64,000 nt of DNA from Eledone cirrhosa (Eukaryota), in assembly GCA_964016885.1 (NCBI GenBank), contig OZ024741.1:177816001-177880000 (forward strand), read 5' to 3'. This document shows positions 1-12,999 of the stretch, piece by piece; position 1 is the first letter of the stretch, and every line of letters starts with the position of its first letter. The notes beneath the pieces were generated by a model, which did no database searches, was not told where the DNA came from, and saw nothing but the letters and a program-made list of their open reading frames with translations. The position numbers were made by a program, and so were the translations under genes.

Positions 1-2291
1 TGGTTTGCCAACCATTATGCATGTACATAGCTGGATGTTTATACTGCTAACATCAGACATGTATATTGTATAATAATTATCTACGTTACTTAGTAATAAT
101 ATATTGCATTCCAACAAACTAGTACGTTATACAGTATAAACAAAACTGTGTTATATTTGTAAAACGAGAAAATAAATTACAACTGGTATTTCAATCGTTG
201 CTTTTGACTGTAGATATAAAATAAATATATTATATCTTTAACGGCTTTCTTCGCCTTTTTTATCATATAACCATGTCGTATCAAATAAAACAGAGTCTTT
301 GAATTCGCATTGCCTGTGAGACTTTACTGAGAAATGTGATTCACTGAACCAAAGGGAAACCTCGTATGATATATAACAAAGTGTTTGGCGGTTTCTCTCT
401 GCAAAAATAAGAAGATATATTGCAAAGGCGAGGAATAAGTACTGTTAACGAAATGATCTTTACTGTTGTATATTACTTGCGAAACTTTTTGTGCTACTGC
501 ATAATATCTGTCATATTACCAACCATTTCTTTTTACTTATAACGGTTTGTTTTTTCTTGTTGTTGTTTTATTTTCTTCTAATACATGAAATAAACATAGA
601 AAGGTTTAGCGCTTCTCTCATAAATGCGATGAATAATTTGTATTCTGGTAAGAAAATATTTTATATTAATGTATTTCTTTTGAGTAGTATATATGTTCAA
701 CTTCTTTTATCTCTCTTTGAACACAAGTGTCAAAAATTATTTTTTTTATTTCATCTCACCACTTATATATATATATAATATATGTGTGTGTATGTGTATA
801 TGAGTGTGTGTCTGTAATGATAATAGTAATAATGATTGCGTAGGTTGTCAATACACATTCGTTTCTGACCTTATGAGTTTCTTTCATTCGATTGCATCAA
901 ATGGTAGAATTAAGTGTCATTCTTCCTTTCGACTAGTTTGTTATTATTTTCTCTGGGAAATTACATAAATACGGAGAGGTATCTCATTACTACTGATTGG
1001 TATAGGTTACACTTGTTACGCGAAATGTTTCTTTAATATTCTGGCTAACAAGGGATATAGAAACAGATATAGAAACAGTAACAACGACAATAACGATGAC
1101 AACGTCTACATCAACAGCAAGATTGACAACAACAATGACAAGGGTAACAATGCTGAATTAAAACTATAATCACAAAATATTTACATTAAAACTGACTAAA
1201 CGCTGACTTGCATCTAGAAAAAAAAAATAAACACATAAAAAAATGATATAAAGCAAACAGACTCTGTGGTTATGTATCAGAAGTAACGTCAAAGAGTTAG
1301 TATTGTGTGACCTAAACGTCAATACAAGTAATGGTATTGATCCTAACATCAGCAAAAAACCAAACATTGAAAGATGTTTATATGCCAAAACTTGTACATA
1401 TTTTGTGGGGAAACGTATGGTGGAATGCAACGTGTATATCTTTGTAATTTAAATAAATGCCGTAATTGAAAATATGGTTTTCAAATATAACCACAAGGAT
1501 ATGATTATTATATGGATTGGAGTATGAGAGGTAAGTTGGTATATTTTTATAAACTTTGTATGTATGTGTGGCCCTGTAATTCCTAAGGGAGGTACAGGGA
1601 CGCCGTATTGCAACATGGCGTTTCTATAGCACTTTAAAACCTGGGAAGGTCATCTTCTCTCCAGGTTTGAATACAGAAAAGGATAGGGAGAAAGAAAAAA
1701 ATACATATAGAGAAATATAGAGAAAGAATCGACACCAGTTCTTAACTGGTACTTTTTATTGACCTCGAATGTAAGAAAGGCAAATTTGAGCTCGGTGGAA
1801 GCAGAAAGTCGAAACGAATACTGGAACGCATTCTATCCGATGTTCTAACGACTCTGTTAATTCGCCACCATTATAATTTCTAGATCTTGAAATAGAATTT
1901 AGCTGTGTTTCTTGCGGCTCACAAAAGTACGGCAAATTTTCGAGGGTTAACTATTCATTTACAAAAAGGCACGTTAGATCACATTAGGCAAATACTAATC
2001 GATAAAGAACTTCGCAAAAAAAAAAAAATTCTAAAAGATTTCCTCATAGCAGAGTTCAAATAAAAAATAAAGAACAGATAGAATATTTGAAACGGGCAAG
2101 CTACGTCGCCAGCTGTGACTGTTAAATATTATATAAAACCTATCATGAAGATATTATCTGTTAAAACCTCGTCCCGATCTGGTGTTGCCTACGGCAAACA
2201 GTGTCAAGAGCACGAAAGTATTATCACGTCATTTCACTCTCAGAAAAAAGCCAATAATGTTTAGAATAGTTACTATTATTCCAAAGTAGTA

Positions 2292-2294
<3 letters not shown>

Positions 2295-2357
<63 letters not shown>

Positions 2358-2359
2358 TC

Positions 2360-2430
<71 letters not shown>

Positions 2431-2440
2431 TCTCTCTCTA
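2295..2440. repeat. (CT)n microsatellite
   Basis: Long CT dinucleotide run; explains the ER/SL-repeat ORFs. Confidence 0.97.
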
Positions 2441-2479
2441 TATCGATCTCTGTATCCCTCTCTTTGTATATAAGTATAT

Positions 2480-3250
2480 ATATGTATATATATATATGCG
2501 AAGGTAGATAAGATTTTGTTTATGTATATCAGGAATGAATGCTTAAACAAGAAAACTGCTTACCAGAGAGTATGATTCGACGGTATCCTTTGAATCGTAT
2601 AGCATAAATATCCAAGCAAGGGAATATGGTGAATAAGTCGAAGCCTATAGTAGTCGTAGTGACTATTCACTACGTGATAGAATTCAGGAATGGGATTTTC
2701 GTTTAAGAAAACGTAAACGAGTTAAAATGAATAAAATACAATCAGTGTGATAGTTGAGATGAGAGGGAGTGGGGGTAAAAGTTTCACTCTATCAATCTTT
2801 GTGCTGTGATGTGGAACAATTATTCTTTGTCGATGGGTATGGGCCAAGGTTTTGATGTTTGCCCTATACGTCGAGAAGGTAGATAAGGTATAAAGAGAAG
2901 GACAGAGTAAGAGAGGGCACAAATTAAGAGTGGTCTACAGTGGGTCAGGAGGAAAGGAATTAAGAAAATGAGATTGTTTTGAATATTACTGAATCCCAGG
3001 GTAGGGGAGAAATGTTCAAAAGCCACGGGAAATGTACTAAATAGGATTAGTAAAACCTAGATATTAGGGATCGAATCTTGTTCTAGTCCAGTTTGTATTT
3101 AGGGAAGAACCTTGTGTTTGCAATTGAATACCTAACATGCCGGGAATTTAGAAGGTCCTTTCCGGTCACAATTGCAATTACCTCTGCCAGACATAATTCA
3201 CAGATGCATATTTCTTTCTGATATGGACAGGCGAATTTCAGAATGGACCA
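2480..3250 (-). mobile_element. Decayed 3' fragment of Naiad-type Penelope-like element
   Basis: Minus-strand translation near 3230-3090 gives CELCLAEVIAIVTGKDLLNSR, matching the C..C..E...LLN C-terminus of the other GIY-YIG ORFs here; left boundary approximate. Confidence 0.5.
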
Positions 3251-3254
3251 TAGA

Positions 3255-3361
3255 CTTTCTGATGAAGTGTGATTAGTAATTCAGTATTGCATAAGATTTA
3301 ACAATATATATATATTGTAGTCAGCATGTGTAGACGAGTACGATAGACACAGAAACTAAAG
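3255..3361 (+). ncRNA. Degenerate type I hammerhead-like motif with long stem II
   Basis: CTTT-CTGATGA-aGTGT...ACACa-GAAA-CT-AAAG; stem III essentially missing. Confidence 0.35.
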
Positions 3362-3433
3362 AAATATGTTAAACTAAATAAATTCCTATTCCTTTCACGC
3401 CGATGTTTATATTTTTTCTTGGGTCACTATTTG

Positions 3434-3470
<37 letters not shown>

Positions 3471-3497
3471 TTATATATATATGTGTGTGTGTGTGTG

Positions 3498-3918
3498 TAG
3501 TGGAGTCTGTGCTGCTGTACGGGTCTAAAACTTGGACACTGACCAAGAAACTCACTCAGATGGTGGATGGGTGCTACACGAGAATGTTGAGGATGGCTTT
3601 GAACATTAATCAGTATACACTGAGGATGAAAAACTCAGATCTGTATGGGAGCCTCCCAAAAGTCAGTTCAAAAGTGACACAGAGGAGACTGAAGTTAGCT
3701 GGACATGCCCACCGACATCCAGAGTTAACATTGCACTCGGTGCCCCCTTGGGAGCCCTACATGGACACACTGGAAGAGGAAGACCAAGGTTAAAGTATGT
3801 TGATGCCCTAAGGACAGGCACTGGTCTGTTGGAGACGCGGGACATGGCAGCGATAATGAGGGACAGAGGCCGCTGGAGAGAACTCGTCCATGGAACTCGG
3901 GAATTGTACCCGCCCTAG
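3498..3918 (+). mobile_element. RTE-clade LINE 3' fragment
   Basis: VESVLLYGSKTWTLT...[14 protein letters not shown]...RRLKLAGH...WEP, a typical RTE post-RT C-terminus; flanked by TA/TG repeats. Confidence 0.85.
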
Positions 3919-4040
3919 AATATGTATATATATATTTTTTATACGTGTGTATGTGTATAGATATACAAAATCAGAATTTGGTTTTTCGCACTAACGTAAC
4001 GGATATGCAATTGTATTTGTGTATCTTATATCGAATAATA

Positions 4041-4227
4041 ATTGTTTCTACTTTAGGCACAAGGCCAGCAATTACCCAGTGCATTACTGGTACTTTATTT
4101 TATCGACCCCGTAAGGATGAAAGACAAAGTCAACCTCGGCGGTATTTGAACTCAGATCGTAAAGGGACGTAACTATGCTGGAAAGCATGGCGTCCGACCC
4201 TCTACCGATACTGCCAATCCACCGCCC
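4041..4227 (-). mobile_element. tRNA-derived SINE with target-site duplication
   Basis: Box A TGGCAGTATCGG and box B GAGTTCAAAT on minus strand; TSD TATATCGAATAATA at 4027-4040 and 4228-4241. Confidence 0.85.
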
Positions 4228-4376
4228 TATATCGAATAATAATAATACTCGATTCGTTTGCGAGCAAACAGTCTCATTAGCCTATAATGTTTAGATGGCT
4301 ATCATCATCCTTTTGTTCTAGCGGTGCCAGACAGAAAGAAAACGGTGTAATGAGACTGTTTGCTTGCAAATGAATC

Positions 4377-4553
4377 GGTGGATTGTCAGTATCGGTAGAA
4401 GGTCGGACGCCATGCTTTGCAGCATAAAGTTATGGCCTTTTATGATCTGAGTTCAAATTCCGCCTTTTATCCTTACGGGGTCGATAAAATAAAGTACCAG
4501 TTATGTCTGATATAATTGCTGGTCATGTGCCAAACGTAGAAACAATCATTATT
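4377..4553 (+). mobile_element. tRNA-derived SINE (same family)
   Basis: GGTGGATTGTCAGTATCGG...GAGTTCAAATTCC...GGGGTCGATAAAATAAAGTACCAG...GTAGAAACAAT. Confidence 0.85.
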
Positions 4554-5072
4554 CGACATAAAACACACACACACACAGGTGTACCATTGACGAAATTCTC
4601 ATGGTGATTCAGTGTAATACCATGACTTACAAACACAATATAGTAGATAGGTTTCCAAATAAGTTTCTATTTCCCCTTATGAATCTCCAGTTGATGCTAT
4701 TGTAAAACTCGTTAGCAATATGTCTTTCTGTCGAACCGAACCGGTAATCTTATGATTAAACACGTACTGCCACTCTTTTAAATAACATTATTGCGAAAAA
4801 ATTTCTTTAAAGTGCAGGTTACTCTGTATAAAATTAATGTCAAAACGTTGAATGATATGTTTTGTTTTTATTTTTTACTCAACTGGTATCATAGAACCTT
4901 AGGCTAACTAGTCTGATTTATTTTCTGAGTGTAATTAAGAGACGTGGATTGTATAAAATATATATCACCAGTAAAACGGCAAGGATGATAACACTGATAC
5001 AATCTAATTAAATCACATTCATTTTATTGTCTTACAAATTTATGTGTGCGCACGCACACACACAAACATATC

Positions 5073-5127
<55 letters not shown>

Positions 5128-7600
5128 CGTATATATATACATTGTTCTTTCACATTCAGTATTTATTTCCAAAGTGTAGCTATTGGTTTTGTTCCTAATT
5201 GTTACTTGCAAATAGCCCATCAGCAATCTGTAACAGCTTCATTCCGCAATCTAGCTGGTATTTCAGAAACTTTTGTAAATTATTAGATTTGGTTCGAATG
5301 TTATTGTTTTGCTTTTATGCGTATATTTTAAATTGTTTGAATTTTTTTATAATCGCTTTTTAGCTTCTTTTGAATTTGAATACCTTTACACCATGGCGTA
5401 GGGAGAAACACCGATAAAGATTAACTCCGATCTCGACATGTGGTCCAAAGTATTTCAGTGACACCATTTCTGGAAATAGGTGGGCAAAACTGAAACACAA
5501 ATCTATTTCTAGCTGACAAAGCAAGCTAATACATATTACCTCGGGCTTCATTTGGTGAAATATATTATGTTAATGTGCGTTTTAGAATTTAAAATCATAA
5601 TAGTTATCAAGAAATAAAAGTAATATACAATGTGTAGTCTTTCCTTTTCTACTTGAAACGAATGTATTAATACCAGGCACATAAATGGTCTATCACAGTA
5701 TGAGGAATGTGCAAAGTAAACGCCACAGTTAGATGTTCTACTCATTCCAACAGCTATTGCCTTTCGAATAAAAGTTTTATAAATTCTTAAAAATTAAATA
5801 ATCTTCATTAAAACTTCAAAGGCATAACAAGACAGGCATTGAAACATTTGCATTGAGTCTTTCTCTATTCAATTTTAATTCAATTTATTATATGGTTACT
5901 ATGTGTTATTCTCCCATTCTGGTATTTATTTCTCAAGTATCTCTTTTCGTATTCTATTTTAATGGTTAGTTGCGGAAAAGCCATCAGCAATCTCCGTCAG
6001 CCTCATTTTCCATATCAATTACTATTGAAGCTATTAATGATGCTAAATATTAAGTTTGTTTTTCTCTGTTTTCTGGGTTGGTATTTATTGAAATAAATTC
6101 AGTATATATGTTTATGTGTGTGTATGTATTTGGCAGATTATGTTAATCTGTCTGCGACTTATATATTTTTAGAGGACACATTGTGTATGATTGTATTTAT
6201 GTATGTTTCTCTGATTTTACCATTCTAAAATTTTCACAAAGATAGAGAGAGAGAGAAAGAGAGAGAGGGGGGCGGGAGAGAATATTTTCCTAACATAGAA
6301 ACAAGACGCTTTTATTGGAATTTGGGCACCATACAAAGACTTTTGTATGCCTGTATGAGTTTGTTTGTGTGCAGGTACGGATTGTATTACATGTATGAAT
6401 CTATATGATTTTTCAATACATGTGTATCTGACATTACTATATGCTGACTTTCTGAAATATTTAACATATTTTTACAGGGCGCGCAGTTTCTCGGTTTTAT
6501 TTACTGATGCAATTAGTACCATATCCAAGTTCCCACATCCAAGGGACACATCTAAAGACATAGACTGAGCAAAATATCTGCATAATTTTCATTAGTTCCG
6601 CACAAATGTTCTCCTTTTCGCTACTCCTTAACACCATATTAGCATCTGCTGTGGATCTAATTGCTACTACTGTGCATGCCTTCTTTTCAATGTTTCATTT
6701 CACTATGTATAGGTTGATATGTTTGCATTTTATCGGGACTTTCCGTGAAACATTCATACTGTGTATGCATATGATCTATATATATACGTTGGGTTGAGCG
6801 AACGAACGTGAGGACTTTGGGGAATGCCAGTTATTGCGGACCTGGCGTGTTTTCAAGTTCCTCACATCGGTGCCGGCTGTACATGAACCATACATTTCTT
6901 TAACTCGTCGTACTTTCTTTTATTTTTTATTTTAGATTTTAGGTGTATATCCCAGACCGCCTATGGTGATAAATCCCCTGGGTATAGGTTTTGGAAAAAT
7001 AGTGTTATCTCACTTAACGTTCGGAACTGGAACATATCGATGTGGTCCATAGGGTGCTGATGTGATAAGGAGAATCGACCTGTTACAAGGCGATATAATT
7101 AGAGTACACCATCCCTCATATGGACTCTCATACATGTAAGGCTGCACTACTGCTAACCAAATATTCTTCTCACAGACTCATGCCTGCAAACTCTCTTAAT
7201 CTGCATGTACACCCTGTTTTTGCACTGCTTGTGCTTTGATGTATCTATGCTTTGCTTTGGTTTATATTTTGGGGGGTTTTCGGACTTTTTGTTCCTTTAA
7301 TGTTTTGTATTTTTATATTTATCTCTTTTCTTATCCCTGTATTTTTGTACTTTTTTATTATTTTTTGATTGTTTTTGAACCTCTTCCAACCTCTTTATCA
7401 TCTATTGCACCATTTAAGTGATACATGTTTGGTGTAATTTTTTATTTTTTATGTAATTTGTTAAAGACATGTTATGACATTATGTGCATCATGTATTCTG
7501 TCTTTTTCCATATAGCGCTGGCCTCGGGGCCCCTACTAGTCCTTTAACCTTGTTCTGGTGACGCAGCTCGATGGAGCATGCATCTATTGATATACTCTTG

Positions 7601-7659
7601 TTTATTGGCTCTGATGATTCCTGCCATGGGGTATGGATGAAACACTGTTAGCTAATAAA
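7601..7659 (+). ncRNA. Type I hammerhead ribozyme
   Basis: Stem I TTTATTGGCT/AGCTAATAAA (10 bp), CTGATGA, stem II, GAAA, minimal stem III, GUU site; near the 3' end of a ~0.9 kb segment bounded by TA runs (~6790-7700). Confidence 0.8.
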
Positions 7660-10600
7660 ACAATGTATTTCTAAGCACTCTTTGGTTATTCCTATAACTA
7701 TATATATATATATCTGTAATTTTTATATATCTAGGATTCTTGTAAATTTAGGATGTTTTGCCTGCATTCCTAGTGCACATCACCTATTTTGTTGTCATTT
7801 CCTTTTCTTGGAATGCAAAAGCTTATCTTTCAAATTATGATCTAATATGGTGGTTGTTGGTCCAAGACAGACTACTTTGCTTATCTCAATTACTCTCATT
7901 TCGAAGATTTCTGGCAACATAACCATGCCTGATTTTTGCTGATATGTATATATATATATATATATGTGATTCTCTCTGCGATTATTTTTTTTTCTTTTGC
8001 GTGACTGTGTGGCTGGATGTTGTAAGATTATTAATATTACACAGGGCATCATTATTAATCATAATGAATATACTTCATAATAGGTATTTTAAAATGGAAA
8101 CCAAAACCATCTCAAAATAGCCTTAATACAAAGGTTAGTAACGTAAACAATATATCTAGATTGTGAATGAATTTTTGGCCGATATTTGGAGTGTATGTGA
8201 GGAGATAATGGCTGTCTTCTTGGCCGGTGTTCATACTGTTGGACAAGCATAACTATGATCAAAGGCACTCTATAAATAATATATTCTCTAATATTCTTTT
8301 CTGGACTGACTACATTTTCAGGAACACATGCTACATTATGACGGTAGGTCTAGTCATATAAGCCAATCTAGGTTTGACAACATAATATCAAGAGAATTAT
8401 CTAACATTCCTTTCTTTTGGGTGCGAATAGAAGTGTGATTCTTGCTCTCAAACACTATTTGACTCGTTGTTGTCCAGGTATTAAACGTTGATATATAAAG
8501 TTTGGTGAGGGGTACTGGGACAACTCTATTTTGGGAAATAGATACAATGGTAGATATATATGTGGGGGAATGCATTAGACATCAGTAAGATAGCTAGCAG
8601 TTCACAAGACATTTACGAAGAAGCCGTCGAAAACGTATTTCCATGGAAATAGACATATATTTCCCTTACATAGACACTACGCTAGAATAATAGTAACATT
8701 TATAAACTTTTCGTTGGTTAATTGTAGATTGCTGTTTGAAGATTAAACTGGCTGTATGTGTATTTTAAAAAGTGATCTAATGTATATCGACATAATCTAA
8801 AGATCTGGGAGAGGAGAGTTTAATACAGCACCGGTGATACGAGATGTACTCTGCCCATTCCCTTTGTTGGTTGCTATTCTGCAGTGCCGGTGTCTGGATA
8901 TTTACCACCCTAGAATAGCATTACAATGTGAACCAACTTCTCACAATTAGGTGCCTCATTCTCCCAAATAAAATAATTTAAACTCACAAGTTGAGTTGAC
9001 GAATCTAGATTTTGAAAGTTCTTGCTTGGACCGCACTGAGAAATTTACTAAGCCAGCATCCTTCACTACACAGACCACACTCATCCACGCCAAATCTTGT
9101 GACAGAAATTCATGACCTTATATGACCCTCTCCAACCCTTTGGCTACTTCAACAAGTATGTTTAGCAATTTATTTATTGATAATAGGTAATTATATATTT
9201 TATTTAATTACACATATTTTGTTTCTAATACTGTGAATTTGAAGGTTTAGCAATGCGCAACTTAACGCCGCTCCCTAGGTGACTGCATAGTTTCCTTATA
9301 CTATGACATCTTGTCGTGCTAAGTATAATTATGTTCAAGCTCTCGTGGAGCCCGTAGATGAAATTTGCATTTTGAGATACCTACTAAATTTGAGTTGAAA
9401 TATAATAGTTACAACAGTATCATAAACTAGAATATCCTTTTCGTTATGATGTGATTTTAATCTAGTTTATAACACTCCACTTTATTGTTACAAGTTTCAA
9501 AATAAAAATAACATGCTGTTTATTTCATAATTGATTATACTTGCAGAGTTCATTGATCTCGATGTACATATGGATCTAGATTACATATTAGAAATTTTTA
9601 AAAATGGGAAAAATTACAGATGCAAATATGTATTGCGAAAGATATAAGAAATTGTGTACCACAGATTTGTAAGATGTTTTTATTATTCATATATTTTTGA
9701 ATAAAATATATGTATTCATAAACTTTGTTTAAGTATAAACACATATTATCTTTATGTAAATGTAGAAAAATGAAAACAAATATAACCGATATGCTCTGTG
9801 TATGAATCCAAACGTGTATCCTTTATTCAGATATTAAATGTATAATGGCTAAATATAAATATACACATAACTTTGCTTTTTAATATTATGTTCAACATGA
9901 ATAAATTTAAATTATTAGGATCTTGTCAACATGTGTACATTGGCATAACGATATTCATGTAAAACAGCTAAATCAAAGGAAGATAATGATGGTTTGCAGC
10001 CATACTGAAATATAATCATTCGTTATTTTTACATATAAAATGCGTATGGATTATCAGAATTATATTATATTTTACGAATGAATAAATTCTTTCTTCCAGA
10101 ATGCGATATAAATGTCACTGATTTTATTTAAATTTAATGTATTCTTCATCCCAGCCAGCCTACATGCTCATGTGATCAAGGAGGTGTCTTTTCAATCCAG
10201 CCACAATAACCCACCTGAAGGTACTAATAAAATTTAAACGTAGAACACATCAACACAGATGACCGTGAAACCGTGTGTGTTCGCCTATGCTACCTACCCT
10301 GAGATGAGGAAACTACGGAAGTGGTAGTATTTCATTGACGCAAATTTACGTTACCCATCCACAGCCGCAGCAAAAGGCCCGATACTTAGATGGTACCAAG
10401 TATTTAGAATCCTGGCATGCATTGGCTGAAGGAATAGAATGAAGAATTGTAAAAAGATACATCTGTATAACATGAATTATAGAGACACAGACTTATACAA
10501 CACAGAGTGCCTTTCTCTATTTCTCAGTGATTATTATATGAGGATAAACCAAAATAAGCTTATGAGTTATCATCTAAATCGCACGTTTGAGGGACGCTAT

Positions 10601-10972
10601 AACAACAGCTAGGTTTCTGTATACTCCAACGGACATACAGTGGGGCCTGACACCAACTAGAGGAAATTCTGAATTCCTCTGTACAACTGGGTTGTCCTAA
10701 TTATGATTAATGTGTCTACTCCAGATTTGATATCGTAGCAAACATTCTTCTGGGGGTCTGAAACCGACGGCTAAGGAGTTCGGTCTACACAGAGCAAGAG
10801 GATCAGAGGCACCAGGTTGTCACCTCTGCATTTCCTCTTTCCCGTCTCAAATATCTCCTCAACTGAGAGGCCAGAATAAGGGCTTTAGTTGTCAATAGAC
10901 GCAAGCCGTTTGAGGCATTTTAGTAGAAAACAGAAACACTAGCCTATTCCAGTCGTGGCAATGAAAACCGTG

Positions 10973-11033
<61 letters not shown>

Positions 11034-11375
11034 AATTTAGTTATATAATACATATGATTCAATGCTCATCAGCTCGAGGAACAGTCTATTAATGAGTGAA
11101 CCTGACTCTGGAATCCGAAGCTCCGCAGATATGTGTCAACATGTAGACTCACCTATATATATACAGTCTAAATATATATATATATATATACACACAGAAA
11201 TATGAACGGTTAATTGTGGGGTCTAGACTGCATAAAGAAATCAATATAATCCATATGTTGAAAATGTTGTAGTTTAAAATCAATCCCGGAAAACAATAAA
11301 TCATCAAAGGGAAAACAGAGTCATGATAAGTTAAAACAATGAAATAAAAATTCAAGTCATTAGAAATATACTTCA

Positions 11376-11500
11376 CTGCTTTACGATCGTTTCTAGGTGA
11401 TAATAATACATCGTACGCATATCTCGTTATCGATCTATGTAGGGTTAGTTACAAAATATCAGATAAGGAATATATTTCTTACACGTATATCATCAGCCGT
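11376..11500 (-). ncRNA. Degenerate hammerhead motif with ~96-nt stem II region
   Basis: Minus strand CTGATGA (11496-11490) ... GAAA-CGATCG-TA (11393-11382); stems I and II pair poorly. Confidence 0.4.
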
Positions 11501-12242
11501 TGTCAAAAGCAATGAGAATGTTATTCAAAATCAATAGCAAATTGAGTTATATGACCTTATTTGGAGGTAGCTGAAGAACAAAGCAATCAAATTGTTTTTT
11601 TCCCATATGGTGTTAAGATGAAAAATAACTCACTTTAGTTGAGGTCATGACCCTTTCAAAGGAATGGTTGAATGGTGTTAAAAATAGAATTACTATAAAG
11701 AACCTATAAGATAAAAGGGATTGTTATATTGATAGTGGAATGTAGATGGTTGAGTTAAGTTTAAAAAGGAATGTAAAAATTAAATGCTTGATTGTGTTTT
11801 ATGGAATGTTTAAGTGAATATAAATAAGTAAATATAAAATATATAGAGATAACCCGGATAAATATAGATAGGTAAAGTAATAGTCATAACTAGGAAGAAT
11901 GGTATATTAAAAGATGAAAATTATAATAAGATAATAAAATATAATAATATAATAATATAATACAATGTAATATAATATAGTACATTGTATATAATATAAT
12001 ATAGCGTATGATGCATCATTAAATATAAAATAGTAAATATTTTCAACTGTGTCTATGTATAAGTAGTCAAACTCAGATAAATGCATGTTGACATATAGTC
12101 AAAACGCATAATTTTCATATATCACAAAAGTACATATAGTCACACATATAGATAGAGGTATAATTATATTGATACTCCATTAAAAACATTCATACGCATA
12201 CATAAATATAAACATATACACACACATACATACGCGCACACA

Positions 12243-12297
<55 letters not shown>

Positions 12298-12411
12298 TAT
12301 TTTCCGTTGTGTTGTAATATAAATATTACACACAGTAGATTGACAGCTCACGTAGAGTTTGCTCGACGGTTCCAGTTGAAATTCCAAAAGTAATCCGGAG
12401 AAAAATAGAAA

Positions 12412-12680
12412 GATTTGAATGGATATAGTTTAGTTGAAAGGAATTTATCGACACGTGTTTCTATAACAGTTACATAACCTGAAAACAGCTGCTATCTACA
12501 AAGTATTAGTTATGCAGACAATCAATATTTCAATGTTATTATTTACTGTCATTTCATCAGAATAATATTACTGAGGACCTTTTTGGTTTTTATAGAGAAT
12601 ATTAGGAGAGAGTTGAGGGAGAATAGTTGAGGGAGTGGTTTTTTTAGCTAAAAGTGGTTGTTAGAAGAATAGTTGAGGGA
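12412..12680 (-). repeat. Inverted pseudo-LTR copy of 15838-16080, containing HHR 12445-12565
   Basis: Near-perfect reverse complement of 15838-16080. Confidence 0.9.
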
Positions 12681-12724
12681 GTGGTTTTTTTAGCTAAAAG
12701 TGGTTTTTTTTTAGCTAAAACCCA

Positions 12725-12887
12725 AAGCTTTTCCAGGAGCCAAAATTTCTGCAAATTGTGTAATCTTGAGATTTATTACATAATCACACACAAGAAGAAA
12801 TTGCTGAATAACAGAATTGAACGAACATTATTTTGCCGTCACCGAACTAAAACCCTTTTTTCCCACTACAAGCCGAATATTACATAA
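12725..12887 (+). pseudogene. GIY-YIG C-terminal fragment of a 5'-truncated Naiad-type PLE
   Basis: FCKLCNLEIYYII...LLNNRIERTLFCRHR..FSHYK, homologous to ORFs 13829-14422 and 50635-51405. Confidence 0.8.
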
Positions 12888-12999
12888 AAGAGGGACATCC
12901 CCCCAACTATATAAACCTCAATCTAGTTAGAAAAATATAAAAACAATTTCTTCTCAACATATATATGTATATTAATAACCTCAAATTACCACACTAATA

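Noticed and set aside
2224-2550. ORFs of ER, SL, YI or CV repeats (also 12190, 16036, 31640-32435, 49482-50489, 56600-56917)
   Set aside because: Translations of dinucleotide microsatellites, not genes
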